64,000 nucleotides of DNA from Candidatus Thorarchaeota archaeon (GTDB lineage: Archaea; Asgardarchaeota; Thorarchaeia; Thorarchaeales; Thorarchaeaceae): NCBI GenBank assembly GCA_020348985.1, contig CP070761.1:663123-727122 (forward strand), read 5' to 3'. The notes below the pieces were generated by a model. The model had not been told where the DNA came from, made no database searches, and worked only from the letters and a program-made list of their open reading frames with translations. Positions 38,845 through 48,812 of this stretch are shown here, piece by piece; positions within the stretch are counted from its first letter, which is position 1; each line of letters starts with the position of its first letter. The translations under genes and the position numbers were made by a program.

Positions 38845-40836
38845 TTGCTACCAGAAGACATCATCGACGCCGTCAATGACACAGTATCCGGTGTCCGTGC
38901 ACAGGACTTGGTCAACGAGATTTCATTGTTTCACAGGATACAGGCCAGCCCAGGCATTCTAGACGCGATGAAGTATCTCAAGTCAGAGTTGGAAAAAGCA
39001 TCGCAAGCTGAGGTCAAGATTCACAAATACAAGGCGGACGGATCTTCGAAGATTGAGACTTGGGAGAATCTCTACGGGTGGGAGGCAAAATCTGCGACAC
39101 TGGCACTGATTGAACCCGAAAAGGAGACCTTGGCTGACTTCCAAGCTGAACCGATCTCTCTTGCCGCGCACTCAACTTCATGCGAGCTGGAGGCAGAAGT
39201 GGTCTATGTTGGAGGAGGCCTAGAAGATTCGGACTATGAAGGAAAGGACATTGAAGGCAAGATAGTTCTGACTGAGGGCAGAGCCTCATTGGTACACAGG
39301 ATTGCGTGTCTTGAGAGGAACGCTGCTGGAGTCTTGACATTCGTTCCTCCCTCCGGAAACGATGAGTTAGCAAATCTGAGGAGATACGAGGGGCTTTGGC
39401 CAAGGGCAGGGGAGGCAGAGAGAACCAAGTTTGGATTTGCTCTTACACAAGCAGACGGCATCAAGCTCAAGAAGTGGGTTGAAGAAGGAAAAACCATCAA
39501 AGCGAAGGTGAAGGTTCAAGCCAAGCTATCCAACGGGTCAAATCCGGTCATGTCAGCGTTGATTTCTGGGAAAAAGACAGCTCATGAGGTATGGATTGCT
39601 GCTCATATTTGTCATCCTCATCCAGGTGCAAATGACAACGCATCCGGCAGCGCTGCAATAGCGGAGGCGCTCAGAGTCATTTCCCGGCTCATCCAAGACA
39701 ATATGATTGATCAACCTGAGTACTCTATCAGATTCCTGTGGGTTCCAGAGTGGCATGGTACAATCCACTATATACACGAGAACTCTGACGAGCTCTCACG
39801 CTGCAAGTTCATGATAAACGCGGACATGGTCGGAGCGGACCCGTGCAAGTCTGGTTCAACCCTCCATCTATTCCGAACGCCCTACTCGTTGCCAAGTTCT
39901 CTGAATAATGTAGTTAGATTCTGGATAGAAAGCGAAGCCACCAGAAAGAGAGAACGGAAGGATGGCGGCACGTATGCTCCGCTTCCACATGATTACAAGG
40001 TATACAGTGCTGGAAGCGATCACTACATGTTGACAGACGGGACTGTAAGAATTCCAGCAGTAATGCTCAATCAGTTTCCTGACAGGTTCTACCACACTTC
40101 GACAGATACTTCAGATCACATTTGTCCGGCACAGATGGCATTTGTCTGCCGTGCATTGGTATTGTCGATTCTCACTTTGGCAAATCCTCAACGTGTAACA
40201 AAGGAGACCCTTCTGGCGACAATTGGAGAAGAGGCGAGTGAACTCCTCGGACGAGTCTTGAGACAGGGCGTAGACGAATTGGCTCGATGTAGAGACGACC
40301 CTGAAGAACTATATCCAAGACTTCTCAGGCGGCTCACTCTGGCACGCGATGTTAGCTTACAGACACTTGAGAAGGCGAAGACAGAGTGGCCATTAATCGC
40401 TGTACAAAAGTCGCTTCTGGAATCTGTCATAAGCTCGTTGGAAATGGAGTACACAGCCAAGATGGTTGTTGCTAGGAGAGCCTATGAAGGAGCTTGTGCC
40501 GAAGTAGGTTTGGAAGCCAAAGAAGACCGAATGCCTGAGATCCCAGATAAAGCCCTCAACATTGAGATAAAGAGAATGTTTGAGTACGCTTTGTCGTCGT
40601 CATTTCTTGTCGACAACACACCCGGCGGCGTGACGAAGTACAAGAAGCTGAGGGACGATATGTCAGATATCTTTGATCGAGTAGATGAAATGCTGAATCT
40701 AGCAGTAGAGTGGAAGAATCTTGGAGAGATCTGGGAATGGATCTGCTTCCAGTTCGGAGACATGGATAGCAAGATACTTGTGGACATTGTGGAAGACCTC
40801 AAGAATGCAGGTCTTCTGGAGTCAAGGAATGTGTAG
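38845..40836 (+). CDS. M28-family metallopeptidase with PA domain (DUF4910-like)
   Basis: HICHPHPGANDNASG, PEW, DMVG, GSDH, YHTSTD; PA insert KDIEGKIVL. Confidence 0.85.
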   Translation: MLPEDIIDAVNDTVSGVRAQDLVNEISLFHRIQASPGILDAMKYLKSELEKASQAEVKIHKYKADGSSKIETWENLYGWEAKSATLALIEPEKETLADFQAEPISLAAHSTSCELEAEVVYVGGGLEDSDYEGKDIEGKIVLTEGRASLVHRIACLERNAAGVLTFVPPSGNDELANLRRYEGLWPRAGEAERTKFGFALTQADGIKLKKWVEEGKTIKAKVKVQAKLSNGSNPVMSALISGKKTAHEVWIAAHICHPHPGANDNASGSAAIAEALRVISRLIQDNMIDQPEYSIRFLWVPEWHGTIHYIHENSDELSRCKFMINADMVGADPCKSGSTLHLFRTPYSLPSSLNNVVRFWIESEATRKRERKDGGTYAPLPHDYKVYSAGSDHYMLTDGTVRIPAVMLNQFPDRFYHTSTDTSDHICPAQMAFVCRALVLSILTLANPQRVTKETLLATIGEEASELLGRVLRQGVDELARCRDDPEELYPRLLRRLTLARDVSLQTLEKAKTEWPLIAVQKSLLESVISSLEMEYTAKMVVARRAYEGACAEVGLEAKEDRMPEIPDKALNIEIKRMFEYALSSSFLVDNTPGGVTKYKKLRDDMSDIFDRVDEMLNLAVEWKNLGEIWEWICFQFGDMDSKILVDIVEDLKNAGLLESRNV

Positions 40837-40854
40837 GTTCTGAGCGGTTCCAAA

Positions 40855-41328
40855 ATGCTGTACAAGAAAGTAGTCTTTGCTGGGACATTCGACCGTCTTC
40901 ATGAAGGACACAAGTATCTGCTCCGTACAGCATTCGCTCTTGGAGACAAGGTGGGGATAGGTCTCACTGTGGATGAGATGCTGTCAGCAAAGGCTGACAG
41001 AGAGAAGATACTGTCGTATGATGAGAGACGCAGGCAGTTGGAGGAATTCCTAATCGAGTTCGCCGCTCCAGAGAGATTTGATATCTTTCCAATTGATACG
41101 AAGGAAGGCGGAGCAGACAAGATGGAGGATATTGAAGCACTGATCGTGTCCGACGAGTTGAGTGTCGTTGAAACCGCATTCGAAATCAATGCCTTGCGAG
41201 CCAAGAACGGTCTCAAACGATTTCACATCATCGTGATTCCAAGAGTCAGAACGGCAGACTCTCGCCCCCTTTCGTCTTCTAGAATCAGAGAAGGAGATTC
41301 CTTTGAGGACTCAAATCTTGTATATTGA
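40855..41328 (+). CDS. coaD: Archaeal/eukaryotic-type phosphopantetheine adenylyltransferase
   Basis: GTFDRLHEGH, ALIVSDE, INALRAKNGL, LSSSRIR. Confidence 0.88.
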   Translation: MLYKKVVFAGTFDRLHEGHKYLLRTAFALGDKVGIGLTVDEMLSAKADREKILSYDERRRQLEEFLIEFAAPERFDIFPIDTKEGGADKMEDIEALIVSDELSVVETAFEINALRAKNGLKRFHIIVIPRVRTADSRPLSSSRIREGDSFEDSNLVY

Positions 41329-41359
41329 TTGGCATCATCTTTGAAGAGAATACAACGGC

Positions 41360-41809
41360 CTAGCGGACAATCATGACTGGGCAGCGAGCATTCTTGGCGA
41401 CTTTGTCACTTGTAGACCCTGTGAATAGACGTTTGAAACCGCTGACTCCGAGTGAACCAATGAGAATCAAATCGACACTTCGTTCGTCCGCCATGTCAAC
41501 GATTCTTCTTGCAGGGTCACCGTGATCAATCAGGTCAACCACTGTGCAACCCAATTTGCTGGCCATGTTCTTCGCACGAGCCATGATGTCTTCGCCCACT
41601 TTTTGCAGTGCTAGGAACGGTTGGTCTGATGTCACGTCCCCGTAGGGCGTTGCAGAGACGAGCATTGGAACAACATAAAGGAGAATGACTTCGGCATCCA
41701 TGGCTTGTCCTAGGGCACAAGCGTGACGGACAGCCTTGTCGGAGAATTCCGATCCATCAACGGCAACCAGTATTGTTTTGATTTGAACTGGCTCGACATC
41801 GACGTTCAT
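41360..41809 (-). CDS. Universal stress protein (UspA family)
   Basis: ILVAVDGS, GDPA, IGSLGVSGFKRLFTGSTSDKVAKNARCPVMIVR. Confidence 0.93.
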   Translation of the reverse strand: MNVDVEPVQIKTILVAVDGSEFSDKAVRHACALGQAMDAEVILLYVVPMLVSATPYGDVTSDQPFLALQKVGEDIMARAKNMASKLGCTVVDLIDHGDPARRIVDMADERSVDLILIGSLGVSGFKRLFTGSTSDKVAKNARCPVMIVR

Positions 41810-41914
41810 TGTCACACTCACGAGGAGAGTGCGCAATATGCCTTATCTCTCTTACTCATAATGAAGGCTTACATCAGCTCGAGTGTGTGATTCCGCTGTG
41901 AAGTCAAGAAAGTA

Positions 41915-43426
41915 CTACTTTTCGAGAGACTCGAATCTGGACTTTCCAGAAATCAGGGCCTCCAGAATTCCCGGCAAATCATCCTTGTGCACCCGGGTTT
42001 GAAGCATGGAGTCTCTGTCTCTCAATGTGACACTTCCATCCTCCAATGTTTCGTAGTCAATCGTAACACAATAGGGAGTGCCAACCTCATCTTGACGTCG
42101 ATATCTTCTGCCTATTGATCCTCCTTGATCATATTGAGCAACAAACCCTGCGTTCATTATGCTTTCAAACAGGATCTTCGCTGGGCCAACAAGCTCATCC
42201 TTCCCCATTAGAGGAAAAACAGCGACCTGGATCGGGGCAATCTCAGCAGCGAAACGAAGCCAGACACGTTCTTCATCCTCCACATAGGAATTGTCTATGA
42301 GGCAGAAAAGGGGTCTTTCAACTCCAAATGCAATCTCGAGAACATTCGGTACGACGGGCTTCTTGTCAACTTTGACGGAGAGATTCTCTTTCGAGAACTC
42401 CTGGTGTCTGCTCAAGTCATAGTTGCCTCTATCGTGAATTCCACAACATTCAACCCAGCCAAAGCTCTTGGTGTAGATCTCTACATCCCAAGCATCAGCT
42501 GCGTAATGTGCACGTTCAGTCGGAAGATGCTGTCTTAGTCTCATGACTTCATCAGAAAAGCCCATCTCACGGAATATCTTGTACGCTACGTATACACACC
42601 AAGCATAGGCAGGCTTCTGGAAGAAGCCCTTCTTCAGGGCATCAGACATCTTTGTCAGTGTGACATCAGACTTGTCTGCCTCTTGGGGCTGATATGGTAA
42701 GAGAGGGAGCACTTCCTTCTCTATGTTCTCAAATGACGGCCAATCGATTTCGTCCTGCTCGAGAAGGAATATCTGACCCTCAACTTGAGTGAACTCCCTG
42801 AGTCGTAGCACGCCCTGACGGGGGGATATTTCATTCCTGTATGCCTTACCGATCTGGAAGACTGATGCCGGTAATTTGCCTCTGAAGAAGGTTAGAAATC
42901 TTCTGAAAAGGAGATACGTTGATGTTGCCGTTTCCGGCCGTAGATACGCATCCTGAGCGAGACCAAGCCGAGTCTTCATCATTAGGTTGTAAGGTTCAAC
43001 AGATCCAAGCGGGCTCTTACACGAAGGACACTCAATCCCAAGTTCCTCAATCTTCTCAGTGAGCTCCTTCGGAGAAAGGCCGTCAACCTTCGCTTCCGGA
43101 GCCAGTTCCTTGATGAGATTGTCAGCTCGAAAAACCTGTCCACATTTTGTGCATTGTGTTACTGGGTCAATGAATCCATCTAGGTGACCCGAGGCTTTCC
43201 ACACAATCTCTGGAGATACTGTTGGACACTCAACCTCCCAAAAACCAGCTCTAACAAACTCTGAACGAATCCTTGACTCCAAGCGGTTCTTCAGGAGTTT
43301 TCCCAATGGACCAAGGTCAAAGAACCCAGCACTACCGCCGTAAATTTCCGGAGACGGTCCCCAGAAGAAACCTCTTTTCTTGCTGAGTCCGTAGATGGTA
43401 TCACTGAAGTCCTTTTCAGAGCTCAT
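41915..43426 (-). CDS. glyS: Glycine--tRNA ligase (alpha2, archaeal/eukaryotic type)
   Basis: ASGHLDGFIDP, LRPETA, YRNEISPRQGVLRLREF, anticodon domain SIGRRYRRQDEVGTP. Confidence 0.96.
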   Translation of the reverse strand: MSSEKDFSDTIYGLSKKRGFFWGPSPEIYGGSAGFFDLGPLGKLLKNRLESRIRSEFVRAGFWEVECPTVSPEIVWKASGHLDGFIDPVTQCTKCGQVFRADNLIKELAPEAKVDGLSPKELTEKIEELGIECPSCKSPLGSVEPYNLMMKTRLGLAQDAYLRPETATSTYLLFRRFLTFFRGKLPASVFQIGKAYRNEISPRQGVLRLREFTQVEGQIFLLEQDEIDWPSFENIEKEVLPLLPYQPQEADKSDVTLTKMSDALKKGFFQKPAYAWCVYVAYKIFREMGFSDEVMRLRQHLPTERAHYAADAWDVEIYTKSFGWVECCGIHDRGNYDLSRHQEFSKENLSVKVDKKPVVPNVLEIAFGVERPLFCLIDNSYVEDEERVWLRFAAEIAPIQVAVFPLMGKDELVGPAKILFESIMNAGFVAQYDQGGSIGRRYRRQDEVGTPYCVTIDYETLEDGSVTLRDRDSMLQTRVHKDDLPGILEALISGKSRFESLEK

Positions 43427-43540
43427 CTTTTCAACCTGACAGCACCCTCATTGCGGCCTCGACTTAAACCTATGGTCCTGTCAAACCGGTGGACCGCACG
43501 ACTCTTATTTGTGAAGAAATCTTTGATTGAGTGAGGTTCT

Positions 43541-44806
43541 GTGATGGTAAATGATTCACGCATTTCTGGATTCTACAAGCTCCCAAGAGAAGAGCGAATC
43601 AAGAAGGTTATCGAACTCACGGGAATCGATGAAGAGGAGATCCAGCCGCTTGTTGACCCTGGAGCGGTTGACCTTGAAGTTCTTGACCACATGATTGAGA
43701 ACGTTATTGGGTCCATGACCTTGCCGCTAGGAATAGCTACCAATTTCAGGATTAACAAGAAGGACTACCTCATTCCCATGGCAATCGAGGAGCCATCAGT
43801 TGTTGCAGCCGCGAGCAATGCCGCAAGATGGGCAAGGAAATGTGGAGGGTTCACCGCCGAAGATACTGGGCCGATAATGATTGCTCAGATTCAAGCCATC
43901 GAGATTGCTGAACCTCAGAAAGCGAAGAAAGACATTCTCGGAGAAAAGGAACGCCTGATATCCCTGGCCAATGAGCAGGATCCCATCCTGGTCAGGTTTG
44001 GAGGCGGTGCAAAGGATCTTCGAGTCAGAATCATTGACACGAAGATCGGACAGATGGTAATCACCGAATTGATTGTAGACACAAGAGATGCGATGGGCGC
44101 CAACGCTGTCAACACAATGGCTGAAGCACTTGCACCTGAAATTGAACTAATCTCAGGCGGCCGAGTGCTTCTTCGAATTCTCTCGAATCTGGCCGACCTA
44201 CGACTGGTAAGGGTCAAAGCCACCTTCGACAAAGAAATGATTGGCGGGAAGGACGCTGTCGATGTTATGATAGCAGCCTGGGCATTTGCCGACGCAGATC
44301 CCTATAGATGCGCCACTCATAACAAGGGAGTAATGAACGGAATCGATGCAGTTGTTATAGCGACCGGCAACGATTTCCGGGCAGTAGAAGCTGGCGCACA
44401 TAGTTATGCATCCGTCGGAGGCTACAGCTCCCTAACGAAGTACGAGAAGGATGATGATGGAAATCTCGTTGGATCAATTGAGATTCCAATGGCTGTTGGT
44501 CTTGTTGGTGGTGCCACGAAAATCCACCCTGTTGCACGTGCATGTGTCAAGATTCTGGGCGTGGAGAGTGGATTAGAGCTCGCCCACGTGATAGCCAGTG
44601 TTGGGCTCGCTCAAAACGCTGCAGCAATGCGTGCATTGGCGGTCGAAGGAATCCAACGTGGTCATATGGCTCTTCACGCGCGAAACGTAGCTGCAACGGC
44701 CGGTGCCAGAGGAGAAATGATTGACAAGGTCGCCACACGCCTAGTTGAAGAGAAGAACATCAAGGTTGAAAGAGCAAAGGAAATCATTGAGGAATTGAGA
44801 AGCTAG
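43541..44806 (+). CDS. mvaA: Hydroxymethylglutaryl-CoA reductase, class II
   Basis: ENVIG, EEPSVVAAAS, DAMGAN, ILSN, THNKG, GIQRGHMALH. Confidence 0.93.
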   Translation: MMVNDSRISGFYKLPREERIKKVIELTGIDEEEIQPLVDPGAVDLEVLDHMIENVIGSMTLPLGIATNFRINKKDYLIPMAIEEPSVVAAASNAARWARKCGGFTAEDTGPIMIAQIQAIEIAEPQKAKKDILGEKERLISLANEQDPILVRFGGGAKDLRVRIIDTKIGQMVITELIVDTRDAMGANAVNTMAEALAPEIELISGGRVLLRILSNLADLRLVRVKATFDKEMIGGKDAVDVMIAAWAFADADPYRCATHNKGVMNGIDAVVIATGNDFRAVEAGAHSYASVGGYSSLTKYEKDDDGNLVGSIEIPMAVGLVGGATKIHPVARACVKILGVESGLELAHVIASVGLAQNAAAMRALAVEGIQRGHMALHARNVAATAGARGEMIDKVATRLVEEKNIKVERAKEIIEELRS

Positions 44807-44966
44807 ATTTCGCGTGCAAGTCACAGCTAATCGTCAGAACACAAAACCTGCCGATTTCTGCTATTGCCATTTGTCATGGCAACATATTTGTACAACACAA
44901 ACTTTTGTACAGACCTAACATTGGCGCAGATGAATCGCTTGATGTTGCGGTGAAGGATGGGTCGAC

Positions 44967-45710
44967 ATGACTATTCAGGATGAGTGCAGTCAGTGGGAAA
45001 GGCTTGCAGGAGAGTTTCAGGAAGCTGAGAGGTTCTTCCAGGCCGGCAACCAATACAAACAAGCTGCAGCATGCTATCTCGAAAGAGTCCTAGAAATGAC
45101 AAAGAAAGCAGCTGAGAACTACCACATGTACGCCGAGATTAGCGTTGAAAATGATGATCATAAGGCTGCGACAATGGCCTACTTCGAGGCTGCAACACAG
45201 TATCGTCAGATAAGTGAACATGCAACTGCCTTGACTCTCTATGAGAATGCTGCAAAGGAAGCACTTCTCGAGAGAATGACAGAAACCGCTGCACAGTCGT
45301 ATTTGTGGGCGGCATATTCCTGCCATTTGCTTGGAAATCAGGAGTATTTCCTCACTACTGCCAAGAACATGGCGGATCTCTACAGCAGAGCTGCAGGGAA
45401 GGCACTCGACGATGGCAAAGCTGAAAGGGCCGTTATCGACCTCTCATTGGCGGCAATCGGATTTGCCACCATCGACAAGACCAAACCTGCTAGGGATTCG
45501 ATTGAGAAAGCAAAGCTGATAATTGACAAGACGAACTGGGAATGGTTGAAGACATTGCTTCAATTCAGTGAAGCCCTGACAAACAATAACCTTGATGATG
45601 CTGAAGATCTTCTGCGTGACTTCAATGAAGAAGAGACAATCCAGCAAGTAATGGGTGCCTGTCTTGACATCCGACAGCAGATTGACAGAGCAAGCAGAAA
45701 GAAAAGGTAG
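44967..45710 (+). CDS. Alpha-SNAP/TPR-like helical repeat protein
   Basis: Repeated A..Y..AA pattern (AAACY, AAENY, AYFEAATQY, LYENAA, AAQSYLWAA, LYSRAA). Confidence 0.6.
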   Translation: MTIQDECSQWERLAGEFQEAERFFQAGNQYKQAAACYLERVLEMTKKAAENYHMYAEISVENDDHKAATMAYFEAATQYRQISEHATALTLYENAAKEALLERMTETAAQSYLWAAYSCHLLGNQEYFLTTAKNMADLYSRAAGKALDDGKAERAVIDLSLAAIGFATIDKTKPARDSIEKAKLIIDKTNWEWLKTLLQFSEALTNNNLDDAEDLLRDFNEEETIQQVMGACLDIRQQIDRASRKKR

Positions 45711-45720
45711 TGTTCTGGTT

Positions 45721-46971
45721 CTAACCCACATCAATTCTGGATGACTTTACGATTTCCTCGCCACCCGTTGAGTCCGTCACACTCAAGGTGATTATTTCCT
45801 CGCCTAGGCTTATACCCCGTACGAAGATCTGAAACATAATCCCGTCTGAACTACCGAGAAATTCAACAATCTTCTCGTTACCGCCCATTGAGAGCTCCAG
45901 TCCCTCGCTCAAAGAAATGAGAATTCGGATATTGTCTGCGGGACCCTCCCCCTGATTCCTTAGTGCAACATCAAGAATTGCCTCCTCTCCGAGATTGCAG
46001 GAGACTCGAGCTGGAGCAAGATCCAACGTCAATTCGGCAGGTGCCCTCGAAATCCTAAAGTCGACGGTGTTGCTCAGCTTGTGAACTAGCACCTGATCCC
46101 CCTCAAGAGTCACTTTGAACGGGCCAACCGTCCCACCACCGCTAAGAACGGGGTTGAGCTCAAACAGCCAGGACTCTTCTCTTGCTTCGCCTCCAGCAAT
46201 CTGTGGCTCTTTGGAAAAGGTGAGACTATTGGAGAGAGCGAAACGGACATCAATAACACGCACCGGTACAGGGCAACTGTAGCGCAGTTCCATCTCAATT
46301 GGGCGCTTCACCTGGACCTCCTCCTGAGTTGGACCTGCCCAATCAATAAGGACTTCTGTTTCTATGGCAAGTCTGACCGAGGCCGCTAGAAACTCAACTA
46401 GTGGTCTCTCACACGCCTTCGGTTTCACTGCGTTAGTAATCTTCTCTAGTTCGGTAACTGTATGTTCTTCTCCTTCGCAAAGCGTACCAACTGAAATCTT
46501 TGCGAGGTCGTACAAAGGAACACGGGGTCCTTTGGAACCTCCGTTACGCTTCTCAGCTTTTCTCATGAGATTAACGGACAGGTCGAAGCTTCTAGCCGCC
46601 AGATTGCACAGAACCGCCATTCCTATTGCTCTCAATGATTCACGGCTCTTCTTCTCACGAAACAGATGATCTGAAGCTTCAGAGTACAGTCCGCCGGCAT
46701 CGCCAAAGTTTCCATCAAAAAGAAGAGCTTCTGCGGCCTCAGTCTTCATTTCTGAGGCACGTATATGATCATCGGCCTCCAACGCTGTGTATGCGGCTTC
46801 ACGGAAGTACTTCACGGCGAATTCGACGTGCTCAACCTCTAGAAACAGCTTTGCAGCCTTCTCATATTCAACACTAGCATAGTCAGGATAGTCTTCCTCA
46901 ATCTCCCTCAATGCCTTTTCGATGTGTTTCTTGGCCTTTTTGACGGGATCCTTCTTCATGAAGTCGAACAT
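45721..46971 (-). CDS. SNAP/TPR-like solenoid fused to two Ig-like beta-sandwich domains
   Basis: N-half YEKAAKLF, YFREAA, LYSEAS helices; C-half beta-rich with LRNQGEGPADNIRI (CARDB/ASH-like). Confidence 0.6.
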   Translation of the reverse strand: MFDFMKKDPVKKAKKHIEKALREIEEDYPDYASVEYEKAAKLFLEVEHVEFAVKYFREAAYTALEADDHIRASEMKTEAAEALLFDGNFGDAGGLYSEASDHLFREKKSRESLRAIGMAVLCNLAARSFDLSVNLMRKAEKRNGGSKGPRVPLYDLAKISVGTLCEGEEHTVTELEKITNAVKPKACERPLVEFLAASVRLAIETEVLIDWAGPTQEEVQVKRPIEMELRYSCPVPVRVIDVRFALSNSLTFSKEPQIAGGEAREESWLFELNPVLSGGGTVGPFKVTLEGDQVLVHKLSNTVDFRISRAPAELTLDLAPARVSCNLGEEAILDVALRNQGEGPADNIRILISLSEGLELSMGGNEKIVEFLGSSDGIMFQIFVRGISLGEEIITLSVTDSTGGEEIVKSSRIDVG

Positions 46972-47101
46972 TGCTATGTCCTCAGCTCGTCGGCTTTGTT
47001 AGCAGCAAGTGTCAGCTCCTTTATCGGTTTCGGATTTTGCCTATCTACGTGACAAATCCACAGTTTGCTTTATTTGACATTGTCGTCCACTTTATTCGAT
47101 A

Positions 47102-48322
47102 GTGATTGACTTGAATGACATTCCCTACTGGACAAGTCCTGAGCAATTCGAATTCGCAGTGACAGTTGTATCGTGCAAGAGGACAGACCAGCACTTCGAA
47201 GCAGTACTTGATGGGAATTACATCAGAGCGGCTGAAGGAGGCCAGGCAGGAGAACGTGGCCTTCTAGTGGACAAGAAGACAGAGGCAAAGATACTAGACA
47301 CGATTGTAAGAGACGGAACACCGACACTCGTTCTGGATAATGAAATAGCGGAGGGATCCAAAGCGACGCTTCATATCGATATGGAATGGCGCCGTTCTCT
47401 CATGCGCGCGCACACCGCAGAACATGTTCTTGCAGCACATCTTCTGAAGAGTATCGACGGGCTGCAATTGGGCTACATCTGGTTGGAAGATGACCACGGG
47501 ACAGTGCGATTCTTGGGCCCAAAGATCTCATTCGACACCATCTTTGAAATAGAAAGAATGGTACAGCAGACAATCAGTGCCAACCTAATAGTCACCTCAG
47601 ATCTAGTTCGGCCTGATGACGCACAGACGGACGTTAGATCTAGAGAAGGTGTGACAATGAAGCACGAGACTGTCCGAGTTGTCAAAATTGGTGACTTTGA
47701 TGCATCCGCATGTTCCGGATTACATGTTGAGTATACAGGCTCGATCCTCTTTTTCAAAGTCACCGACATTCGATATACTGAGAATGAAACAACAATAGAG
47801 TTTTCGACGGGTGACAAGGCCTCAGCAGAAGTGAGTTCAGTCTACAATGATGCTCTCGCTAGAAAATCAGAGTATCCCTTTGAGATGGAACAGCTGGGGA
47901 GTGTCTTGGACAAAGGGCGCATGGCGCTCGATAGATACGAGCTTTTGTCAGAATCGCTGCTCACTGTTTTGTCTCAAGAGAGTACCCAGGATAGGATTGG
48001 CGAAATATCGTTTCGAGCGTACTACCTTCCGGGAATGGATGGTGGAGGCATTCGAAATGTAGTAAGACAGCTTAAACACGAAGGACCTGCCGCAAGACTC
48101 TACTTCGTCCCTGGTCCAAAGTCCAACCTCGTGTTCTGGACGGACAAACTTGGTTCAGATGCCGAGCACTATATAGGTGAGATAGTGACCAAACTCGGAG
48201 GTCGAGGTGGCGGTAGCCGTCAAGTCTTTACCGGAGGATTCAGCGACGTAGAGTCTCCTGAGGAGCTTTATGAGGACTTGGTGGAACATGTCAGACAGAC
48301 AATGTCACGCGAGGAATTGTGA
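47102..48322 (+). CDS. AlaX-type alanyl-tRNA editing protein with C-terminal C-Ala/DHHA1 domain
   Basis: Zn ligands HTAEH and CSGLH; GGQAGERG; LGGRGGGS. Confidence 0.85.
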   Translation: MIDLNDIPYWTSPEQFEFAVTVVSCKRTDQHFEAVLDGNYIRAAEGGQAGERGLLVDKKTEAKILDTIVRDGTPTLVLDNEIAEGSKATLHIDMEWRRSLMRAHTAEHVLAAHLLKSIDGLQLGYIWLEDDHGTVRFLGPKISFDTIFEIERMVQQTISANLIVTSDLVRPDDAQTDVRSREGVTMKHETVRVVKIGDFDASACSGLHVEYTGSILFFKVTDIRYTENETTIEFSTGDKASAEVSSVYNDALARKSEYPFEMEQLGSVLDKGRMALDRYELLSESLLTVLSQESTQDRIGEISFRAYYLPGMDGGGIRNVVRQLKHEGPAARLYFVPGPKSNLVFWTDKLGSDAEHYIGEIVTKLGGRGGGSRQVFTGGFSDVESPEELYEDLVEHVRQTMSREEL

Positions 48323-48324
48323 GA

Positions 48325-48732
48325 CTACTTGAGGTCATACTTGGTAGCTATCTCACTCCAGAACTTCTTGACAGCCCAAGGAACAGCAAGAAACTCAGCT
48401 CTGAAAGTGTCAAATGTGAGTCCTTGCTTCATCTGTTCTTGAGAAGTACCAATACGACGCTTTGTCTCATTGTAGTCAAAACACACTTCAGCATACTTGC
48501 GATTCGCGGCCAAGAGGTCTTGAAAGACAGCTGCTCTCTTTTCTACAGGAATCTTATCCACTTCATAAATGTCTGTGAAGACTTGAACCCACTTGTCAGT
48601 AATATTGATTCGTATCGTGTATTCTACCTTTCCTTGATCCTCACTGAATGCAAGATGAAACATGTCCTCTGCCTTGTGCCACTTGTAACTGAGTTTGAGC
48701 AATTCCAAGTATTCCGCAATTTGCTTCATCAT
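48325..48732 (-). CDS. YbjN/T3SS chaperone-like domain protein
   Basis: 135 aa; VFQDLLAANRKYAEVCFDY, parallel to 20968-21366. Confidence 0.6.
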   Translation of the reverse strand: MMKQIAEYLELLKLSYKWHKAEDMFHLAFSEDQGKVEYTIRINITDKWVQVFTDIYEVDKIPVEKRAAVFQDLLAANRKYAEVCFDYNETKRRIGTSQEQMKQGLTFDTFRAEFLAVPWAVKKFWSEIATKYDLK

Positions 48733-48812
48733 CCAAACCCACGATCCTCGGATTCACATACGCAACATCTCTCACATAAGACTATTGAGAGATTCAGGGG
48801 AATACTCTAGGC

